From positions 210,001-242,000 of the forward strand of contig NC_000917.1 in assembly GCF_000008665.1 (NCBI RefSeq): 32,000 nt of DNA, read 5' to 3'. The stretch is from Archaeoglobus fulgidus DSM 4304 (GTDB lineage Archaea > Halobacteriota > Archaeoglobi > Archaeoglobales > Archaeoglobaceae). The translations under genes were made by a program, and so were the position numbers. Shown piece after piece: positions 24,140 to 30,672 of the stretch. Under the pieces are notes generated by a model. That model was not told the DNA's origin. It was given only the letters and a program-made list of their open reading frames with translations, and searched no databases. Positions within the stretch are counted from its first letter, which is position 1; every line of letters starts with the position of its first letter.

Positions 24140-24882
24140 TTACTCATACTTATGCAACCTCACAACGATTTCATCTCCATTTTCCAAATCCTCACCATTA
24201 ACCTCTACAACGCCCACAAATCGATTATCTGATGTTTTAACTGTTACGACATAAACTCCATAATTCCTCAGCACAGTTTGATATTTTCCACTCTCATCTG
24301 TCTCGCCTCTTTCAATCAGAGGGTCATACCAGTTTTTCAACGCGAAGATTTCCACTTCCGCATTTTTTGCTTGGTCTATCGTTTGCTTCACCTGCAGCGG
24401 GGTCTATTATCGCAGTAATCGTGACATTCACAGCATTAAAGCCGTGTTCGTCGAGGACAGAGATTCCGGTGTCATCTTTCAGGTTGTATAGACTTTCGTA
24501 AACGTTTCTGTAACTCCCTTTTAGATGTTCGGCGTATGATTCAGCCTTTACAGGATAATTGGGCGTTGTAAATATCCCGTCGAAAACTGACGATACCATG
24601 ATACTCAGACTCCACGGCAACAACCATTGTGATTTGAGAGAGCAACCAGAAAATGACGAACAAAGCCATTATTTGCCTTGCCAATCTCTTCAAGTTCTTC
24701 TCAGATTTTTGAAACTTATATGCGAAAACTGCCAGTGAAAAAATTAGAGAGATTAGCAGTGGGTAAATTGTTAAAACTTCAATTAACGGATAAATTACAG
24801 ACAAGACTGGAACCTCGACAAAAACGATAAACACGATAATTGGCAATGAAGGAAATATGCTTTTCCTAACTTCAATGCTCAT
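24140..24882 (-). pseudogene. Membrane-anchored protein (3 TM plus a soluble domain of about 170 aa) split into three overlapping ORFs by two frameshifts
   Basis: ORFs 24541-24882, 24324-24623 and 24140-24391 are head-to-tail on one strand in three different frames, with 83-nt and 68-nt overlaps. Removing one base from the A4 run (24583-24586) and one from the T6 run (24363-24368) gives one continuous protein of about 245 aa. Confidence 0.55.
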
Positions 24883-24933
24883 GTAAAAGATTAAAGAAGC
24901 AAAAAATATTAACTTTGCACTGCTAAAACAAAC

Positions 24934-25305
24934 ATGGAACTTAACCCTAAACTCTCAAAAATCATCGAAACTATCAAATCCCATCCCAAAGTAATTGCAA
25001 TCTACCTCTTCGGCTCTCACGCTAAAGGAAATGCGACACCTCTCTCAGACATAGACATTGCAGTTATAATGGAAAATCCAACCCCTGAAAGCGAAGCAGA
25101 TATCGGAAGCCTATCATCTCCAGAAATTGATGTGGTCCTTTTCCACCGCCTTCCTCTGCACATAAAACACGAGGTATTCAAGTATGGAAGAGAGCTTTTT
25201 GTGAGAGATGAAGAGAAGCTTGCGGAGATAAAGTTCAGGGTTATGAGAGAATACCTCGACACGTCTCGAATGTATAAGCGCATTTCATCAGAGGTGCTTG
25301 GATGA
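24934..25305 (+). CDS. Minimal nucleotidyltransferase (MNT, Pol-beta superfamily), antitoxin-type component of HEPN/MNT modules
   Basis: Carries the LFGSHAKGNATPLSDIDIAV motif (GSx9-10SDxD). Its stop overlaps the ATG of a HEPN-like ORF (ATGA). Confidence 0.85.
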   Translation: MELNPKLSKIIETIKSHPKVIAIYLFGSHAKGNATPLSDIDIAVIMENPTPESEADIGSLSSPEIDVVLFHRLPLHIKHEVFKYGRELFVRDEEKLAEIKFRVMREYLDTSRMYKRISSEVLG

Positions 25306-25454
25306 GGTTTGCAGAGCTCGTTTTGCGTTTTGAGAAGCATCTAAGAGGTACAATGAATCTCAAATCCAAGGATGTGAAGGATTACTTCATTTACAACACT
25401 CTCGCAATGGAGTGCTTTCAGGCTGCCAATACACTCATGAGGCGGGATACATAA
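25302..25454 (+). pseudogene. Degraded HEPN (DUF86-like) gene: N-terminal 50 codons only
   Basis: MRFAELVLRFEKHLRGTMNLKSKDVKDYFIYNTLAMECFQAANTLMRRDT* resembles the N-terminal half of DUF86 proteins. Another frame then reads HEAGYISDDERT (like the L.e.Giis.e segment). No RX4-6H motif follows, and tRNA-Val starts at 25499. Confidence 0.45.
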
Positions 25455-25498
25455 GCGATGATGAGAGAACATGTCGCCCCAGCCTCTAAAGAAATAAA

Positions 25499-25571
25499 TG
25501 GGCTCGCCCGGATTCGAACCGGGGACCTCCTGCGTGTGAGGCAGGCGTCATAACCACTAGACCACGAGCCC
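25499..25571 (-). tRNA. tRNA-Val (CAC)
   Basis: Acceptor GGGCUCG/CGAGCCC, D arm GUCU-AGUGGUUA-UGAC, anticodon stem CCUGC/GCAGG with loop CUCACAC, T arm CCCGG-UUCGAAU-CCGGG, discriminator A. AAATATAAA lies about 25-30 nt upstream. Confidence 0.9.
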
Positions 25572-25748
25572 TTAAGGGTTGTTGAGGCTGAATTGTTTAT
25601 ATTTTTGTTGCTCCCGACGGCCTTTCATCGCGTGCTACTGCACCCTCCGGCCGCAACGGCGGGTGATGTAAGTTGGTTTTTCTGGATTTAAAATTAGCGG
25701 TTCACCTTTTGTGTAGTGTTACAAAAATAAGCTCTTAAGCGATGAGAG

Positions 25749-25858
25749 CGCCCGGGCCGGGATTTGAACCCGAGTCGCGGGCTTTCCGCGGATTTAGGGC
25801 TTAAGGACCCCATCTCCACGACAGGCCCGCATGATAGGCCGGACTACACCACCCGGGC
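25749..25858 (-). tRNA. tRNA-Asp (GUC) with a 35-nt intron at the canonical 37/38 position
   Basis: Acceptor GCCCGGG/CCCGGGC, anticodon stem CGGGC/GCCCG, loop CUGUCG|intron|A, T arm UCGGG-UUCAAAU-CCCGG. The intron forms a bulge-helix-bulge: a central 4-bp helix C32-G, U33.G, G34-C, U35.G with the intron sequence GCGG, between 3-nt bulges CG|U and AA|A. Confidence 0.85.
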
Positions 25859-25891
25859 TTGTGGCTCTTTCGACCTTAATCTCATTGGGCT

Positions 25892-25911
25892 TTTAAGGAT
25901 TTTGGTCACGG
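25892..25911 (-). promoter_or_regulatory. tRNA-Asp promoter element (minus-strand CCGTGACCAAAATCCTTAAA), overlapping the gltX stop codon
   Basis: 20/20 identical to 22374-22393. It ends 33 nt upstream of the tRNA-Asp 5' end. Confidence 0.6.
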
Positions 25912-27561
25912 GTGCGTGTACACCGCGACCAGTTCCTCGTCAGCAGACTCTACTTTACAGAAAGCAAATCTCTCGAACTGCACGACTTTCCCGACATCTC
26001 TAACTGCGTTTCTCTCCACAAGCCCTTCCGCTTCCCTTTCGCCGATAACCTTGCCCTTGATAGCCTCGCTCTCAGGAAGCCAGTGGATTATGTTCTTCCC
26101 CTTCTTGACCCCCTCAAGCTCAAAACCCATGAACTCTGCCTTCTCGTCAAGCAGAACGTTGCAGAAGTCCTTCAGCCTTACAACCTGCCCTTTCAACCTC
26201 TCGAAGTCGTCTTTTGTAACATATATAGTTCTTTCACCTTTCAGCCTTCTCTTCTCGCCCGTGTGCGGATTCAGCGGGAGCTCGACCTCTTTCTTCTCCG
26301 GCAGGTTAACGATTTCAATCTTCACGGGCCCCCAAATGAAAAAGTAACGGTTTGCCTTGCGATCGATGATTTTCCTGTTCTCAGCGTAAAGATTCTTGAG
26401 ACTGACGGAAACGTCGTTCTCGCCAACTCCCAGCGAAAGGAAGAAGCTCTTTATGGCTTCAGGCTCAAATCCTCTCCTCCTGAAGGCTCTCAAGGTTGGC
26501 AGCCTTGGGTCATCCCAGCCCTCATACTTACCCCTTTCAATATCCTTCTTAATTGAAGAAGTCGATAGCTTCCCGAATTCGAAGATTTTAACCCTGCCCC
26601 AGTGCTTTGTAATGGGGTAAATCCAGCCAAAATACTCGTAGATGTATCTCTGCCTCCTCTCAGAATCAATTAAGTCCTTACCCCTGATAATGTGCGTTAT
26701 GCCTAAAAGGTGATCCTCTATAGCAGATTCAAAATCGAGTGTGGGATAGACAACATATTTATCCCCAACGAGAGGATGTGATTCCTTTATTATCCTGAAA
26801 GCCACCCAGTCCCTTATTGCCGGATCCTTGTGGCGCATATCCGTCTTAATTCTAAGAACGACTTCTCCTTCCTCATAGTCTCCTTCAAGCATTCTCTCCC
26901 AGACTTCAAGTGTATCCTCGACGCTGATGTTTCTGTGTGGGCACTCCTCACCACTGTCCCTGAACTTCTTGAACTCCTCCTGACTGCAGAAGCAGGTGTA
27001 GGCTTTGCCCATTTCTATAAGCTTTCTTGCATAATCGTAGTAGATGGGAATCCTTCTTGAGGCGTAAATAACCTCGTCAGGCTTGTAACCGAGCCATTCA
27101 ATGTCCTCTAGGTACCACTCGTAGGCCTCAATCATCGGTCTCTTGGTTCTGGGGTCTGTATCGTCAAACCTGATAATGTACTTCCCTTCGTACATCTTCG
27201 CGTATTCACCGTTGACGATTATCCCCCTAGCAGAACCGAGTGTAGGTGGACCGTTTGGATTAGGAGCGAATCTCATCACAACTTTCCCTTTCTCAGCCCC
27301 CTCAAGCTCTGGAAGCTTCTTCGTCTCCAACTCCCTTTTAGCTTCGCTATCCATGCTGTATTTTTTGATTAGCTCCTTCCTTACTTCTTCAGAAAGCGCT
27401 TCGAACTCGGTAATGCACTCCTTTACGAGTTCAAGGACCTCTTTAGCTTTTTTTCTGAGTTCTGGATTTTCTGCCATCACCTTCCCCATTACAGCCTTTT
27501 CACTGGCTTTTCCGTACTTTGCGGCGTTCTGAACTACGTATTTCATTATGACTTCTTTCAC
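25906..27561 (-). CDS. gltX: Glutamyl-tRNA synthetase (archaeal type)
   Basis: Class I signature region FAPNPNGPPTLGSARG (HIGH-like) and KLSTS (KMSKS-like); 551 aa. It has a GTG start with TTTATATTT about 28 nt upstream. Confidence 0.92.
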   Translation of the reverse strand: MKEVIMKYVVQNAAKYGKASEKAVMGKVMAENPELRKKAKEVLELVKECITEFEALSEEVRKELIKKYSMDSEAKRELETKKLPELEGAEKGKVVMRFAPNPNGPPTLGSARGIIVNGEYAKMYEGKYIIRFDDTDPRTKRPMIEAYEWYLEDIEWLGYKPDEVIYASRRIPIYYDYARKLIEMGKAYTCFCSQEEFKKFRDSGEECPHRNISVEDTLEVWERMLEGDYEEGEVVLRIKTDMRHKDPAIRDWVAFRIIKESHPLVGDKYVVYPTLDFESAIEDHLLGITHIIRGKDLIDSERRQRYIYEYFGWIYPITKHWGRVKIFEFGKLSTSSIKKDIERGKYEGWDDPRLPTLRAFRRRGFEPEAIKSFFLSLGVGENDVSVSLKNLYAENRKIIDRKANRYFFIWGPVKIEIVNLPEKKEVELPLNPHTGEKRRLKGERTIYVTKDDFERLKGQVVRLKDFCNVLLDEKAEFMGFELEGVKKGKNIIHWLPESEAIKGKVIGEREAEGLVERNAVRDVGKVVQFERFAFCKVESADEELVAVYTHP

Positions 27562-27576
27562 GGCCCACCTGGGAAG

Positions 27577-28809
27577 TTGAGAAATATAAAGGTGATGAAA
27601 GTTTTAAATTCAGGAGAGCAAAACTTCGTGCCTATGGTGGCATCGAGCAGTTTGGCACTGTTGTTCTCCATAGCCGTCGTGCTGATTTTGATAAGAAAGG
27701 TCAACATAGGCTTGGCCATCTTTGTTGGTTCAGCAATACTTGCCTACCTCACTCTCGGTGCTGATGGGCTTTTGGTTATGCTGAAGTCCCTTGCAAATCC
27801 CCAAACAATTGAAATAGTGGTTATTGTTATTCTTGCCTTCACCCTCGGTTACTCAATGGAATACTTTGGAATGCTCGAAAAAGTCACAGGCGGACTCTCA
27901 GAATCGTTTGGAGTATACAGTTTTCTCCTCATCCCACTTTTGATTGGATTGCTTCCCATGCCCGGTGGTGCGCTTATCTCAGCAGTTATGCTCGGACCAC
28001 TGACAAAAATGTACCGAATCTCTCCCGAAAAAGCGACTCTCCTCAACTACTGGTTCAGACACGTATGGGTCACATTTTGGCCCCTCTATCCGAGCGTCAT
28101 AATAGGTGCGGCAGTCGTCAACGTTGACTATTTCCACTTTGCCGCTGCTACGTTTCCAATCGGAGTTTTTGCACTGACTGCTGGACTAACGCTGACCAGA
28201 GGCATGGAAAGGAGGTTTAGAGTTTCAAGAAACCTTTTTGATTCCCTGATTAACCTCTATCCGATAGCCATACTCCTAATCCTTTCAGTTCTGCTAAGGC
28301 TCGACCTCCTCCTTGCCCTTGTTGTGGCTATTGCTGCAGTTAGCATCCACAATAGAGCAAAGCTGGAAGACTTCAGGGAGATTTTCAGAAGGACAGTGGA
28401 CAAAAAAATAATACTGCTGGTCTTCGCAGTGATGGTTTACAAGTCTGTAATACAGAACAGCGGTGCGGCGGAATCTCTTTTCACCGACATCTCTCTCGGA
28501 TTTCCTGCTCCTGCAGCAGCGTTTCTTCTAACACTCTTGGTGGGCTTTGCCACGGGCATCGAAATGAGCTACTCATCCATAGCTCTCCCTCTCCTAACGT
28601 CCTTTACGGGTTCTGGAATTGTTGTGGCGAAGAACCTGATGCTCGTAATTGCTGCTGGTTATATTGGGGTCATGCTCTCTCCCATGCACCTCTGCTACAT
28701 CCTCACCGCAGAGTACTTTGGCACAGAAATCGGCAAGACCTACAGGCAACTTCTGGCAATTGCGGGAATTACTGCAGCGCTTGTTTGGATTGCATACTTG
28801 GTGATTTAA
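27577..28809 (+). CDS. Polytopic membrane protein of the DUF401 family (TIGR00529-like)
   Basis: About 10-12 hydrophobic segments and no recognisable catalytic motif; the family assignment is from memory. The start is uncertain among TTG 27577, ATG 27595 and ATG 27634. Confidence 0.6.
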   Translation: MRNIKVMKVLNSGEQNFVPMVASSSLALLFSIAVVLILIRKVNIGLAIFVGSAILAYLTLGADGLLVMLKSLANPQTIEIVVIVILAFTLGYSMEYFGMLEKVTGGLSESFGVYSFLLIPLLIGLLPMPGGALISAVMLGPLTKMYRISPEKATLLNYWFRHVWVTFWPLYPSVIIGAAVVNVDYFHFAAATFPIGVFALTAGLTLTRGMERRFRVSRNLFDSLINLYPIAILLILSVLLRLDLLLALVVAIAAVSIHNRAKLEDFREIFRRTVDKKIILLVFAVMVYKSVIQNSGAAESLFTDISLGFPAPAAAFLLTLLVGFATGIEMSYSSIALPLLTSFTGSGIVVAKNLMLVIAAGYIGVMLSPMHLCYILTAEYFGTEIGKTYRQLLAIAGITAALVWIAYLVI

Positions 28810-28827
28810 TAAAAGAATGAAAAATTT

Positions 28828-30483
28828 TTATTTAGTATAGTAATCCTTGTACTGTTCCCTCAGCGTCCGTTTGCTGAACTTTCCTACGCTTGTTTTTGGT
28901 ATCTCGTCAGTTATGATGATGTCATCTGGTAACTGCCACTTTGCAAATCTCTGTTTTAAATGCTCGTACAGCTCTTCCTTTGTTATGCTGTCCTTGAATT
29001 CAGGCTTTGGAACGACAAACGCTAGAGGTCTCTCCTCCCACTTGGGGTGGGGAATGCCCACAACGCACGCCTCAAATACCTTTGGATGAGCCATAAGGTG
29101 GTTCTCAAGGTCAACGCTGCTTATCCACTCTCCACCGCTCTTTATTAGATCTTTGAACCTGTCTACAATCTTGATGTATCCCCACTCGTCGATGGTTGCG
29201 GCATCACCGCTCTTCCACCACTTTAACAGCCCGTCATCGATGAACGACTCGAACGTTCTTGCATCCTTGTAGTAGCTTCCCGTAATCCAGTGCCCCCTGA
29301 TGCAGAGTTCGCCAATCGTCTTGCCATCGTGTGGAAGTCTGTTCCCCTCCTCGTCAACCAGCATGACCTCCACGCCAAACACGGGGATTCCCTGCTTCCT
29401 CTTGAGCTCCCACAACTCCTCTTCGTTCAGTTTTTCCCTCAGCTCCGGTTTTACGTAGTTGTAGCACACGAGCGGGGATGTTTCGGTTGCCCCATAAGCA
29501 TGAATTATTTCAATGCCGAATTCTTTCAATCCCTTCATCACTGCAAGCGGTGGCTCAGTTGCGCCGCTCCACGCCCTTATGTTGAACTTCGGCTTTGGCT
29601 CGACCTTCTGGAGGTAGTTTAGCATGGGAAGGAAAATGGCAGGAGCTCCAGCTGTTGCTGTAACCTTTTCGCTCTGCATCAGTTCAACCACCGGAGCAAG
29701 GTTGTCTACAGCATATCTCCCAGGGAAGACGAGCTTGCTCCCTGCCAGTGTTGCAGCGAAGAAAACACCCCACCCATTTGCGTGGAACATCGGAACAAGC
29801 TGCATGTAAGCGTCTTCGGGCCTTAAACCCATTCCGATTGCCGCTATTAGTGAGTGGAGCACCATCGAGCGGTGGGAGTAGTAAACTCCCTTCGGATTTC
29901 CGGTTGTGCCGGATGTGTAGCAGGCTGCGTAGGCAGAAGTTTCATCCACCATCGGGAAATCGTAGTCCTTACTTGCTTTTCTCAAAAGTTCTTCATAGCT
30001 GTAAACTTCCGGAAGCTTCGTCTCCGGAGTTTCCCCGTCGGTCATGACCACATACTTCTCCACACCTATAGACGGGGCTATAGCTTCGGCAATTGGAAGC
30101 AAGGATTCATCAACGAATATCACCTTCGCACCGCTGTGGTTTGCAACATAGGCAATCTCCCTCGGATGCAGCCTCAGGTTCATCTCCAGAAGGACTGCTC
30201 CGATCCCGGGAATGGCAAAGAAGAGCTCAAAGAATCTGTGAGTGTTCCAGCTCAGAACTCCCACTCTATCTCCAACATCGACCCCAAGCTCTTCGAGGAC
30301 GTTGGCCAGTCTTGAAACTCTCTCGTAAGCCTCGCCATAGCTGTATCTGAACAGGCTCCCATCCAGGTTTCTCGAAACAACCTCCCTCTCTGGAAAATTC
30401 GTGGCCGCATGTCTCAGTATGTTTGTAATGTTCAGCTGGTATTCATCCATCATTGTCGACGGAAAACCTCTTACAAAACGCAT
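28828..30483 (-). CDS. AMP-forming acyl-CoA synthetase (medium/long-chain fatty-acid--CoA ligase family)
   Basis: AMP-binding motif YTSGTTGNPKGV, plus YGATE and SGDAA...GYIKIVDRFKDLIKSGGEWIS motifs. An A/T box CTTAAATAATT lies about 25-30 nt upstream of the ATG. Confidence 0.9.
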   Translation of the reverse strand: MRFVRGFPSTMMDEYQLNITNILRHAATNFPEREVVSRNLDGSLFRYSYGEAYERVSRLANVLEELGVDVGDRVGVLSWNTHRFFELFFAIPGIGAVLLEMNLRLHPREIAYVANHSGAKVIFVDESLLPIAEAIAPSIGVEKYVVMTDGETPETKLPEVYSYEELLRKASKDYDFPMVDETSAYAACYTSGTTGNPKGVYYSHRSMVLHSLIAAIGMGLRPEDAYMQLVPMFHANGWGVFFAATLAGSKLVFPGRYAVDNLAPVVELMQSEKVTATAGAPAIFLPMLNYLQKVEPKPKFNIRAWSGATEPPLAVMKGLKEFGIEIIHAYGATETSPLVCYNYVKPELREKLNEEELWELKRKQGIPVFGVEVMLVDEEGNRLPHDGKTIGELCIRGHWITGSYYKDARTFESFIDDGLLKWWKSGDAATIDEWGYIKIVDRFKDLIKSGGEWISSVDLENHLMAHPKVFEACVVGIPHPKWEERPLAFVVPKPEFKDSITKEELYEHLKQRFAKWQLPDDIIITDEIPKTSVGKFSKRTLREQYKDYYTK

Positions 30484-30566
30484 GATTGATATTTACTAAA
30501 CAATTATTTAAGATTGTTGCTTCTGAGGGCAAAGCTTAAATTTCTATACCGACAAGGAGAGCAAGA

Positions 30567-30639
30567 GCCGCCGTAGCTTAGCTGGTAGAGCGTCCGGCTG
30601 TTAACCGGACGGTCGCAGGTTCGAATCCTGCCGGCGGCG
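30567..30639 (+). tRNA. tRNA-Asn (GUU)
   Basis: Acceptor GCCGCCG/CGGCGGC, D arm GCUU-AGCUGGUA-GAGC, anticodon stem UCCGG/CCGGA with loop CUGUUAA, T arm GCAGG-UUCGAAU-CCUGC. AGCTTAAATTT lies about 27 nt upstream. Confidence 0.92.
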
Positions 30640-30651
30640 TATTGTCGCCGG

Positions 30652-30656
30652 TTTTT
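30652..30656 (+). terminator. T5 run downstream of tRNA-Asn
   Basis: GCCGGTTTTTGTG lies 13 nt after the tRNA 3' end. Confidence 0.4.
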
Positions 30657-30672
30657 GTGAACCTTTTCAATT

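Noticed and set aside
25458-25464. A C-box-like ATGATGA, suggesting a C/D box sRNA next to tRNA-Val. I also checked GTGATGT at 25663-25669 and minus-strand GCGATGA at about 25624-25630.
   Set aside because: No CUGA D box occurs at the required distance of about 40-60 nt downstream on the same strand in any of the three cases, and there are no terminal complementary ends.
23838-25498. I looked for an attachment-site duplicate of the tRNA-Val 3' end, an integrase, or terminal inverted repeats that would define an integrated element.
   Set aside because: The tRNA 3' segment (…GGATTCGAACCGGGGAC…) does not recur anywhere else in the window, and no recombinase-like ORF is present. I therefore call the islet decayed accessory DNA, not a mobile element.
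25764-26003. A 79-aa plus-strand ORF.
   Set aside because: It overlaps the intron-containing tRNA-Asp gene, its promoter and the 3' end of gltX on the other strand. Its reading frame is an artefact of the GC-rich tRNA sequence.
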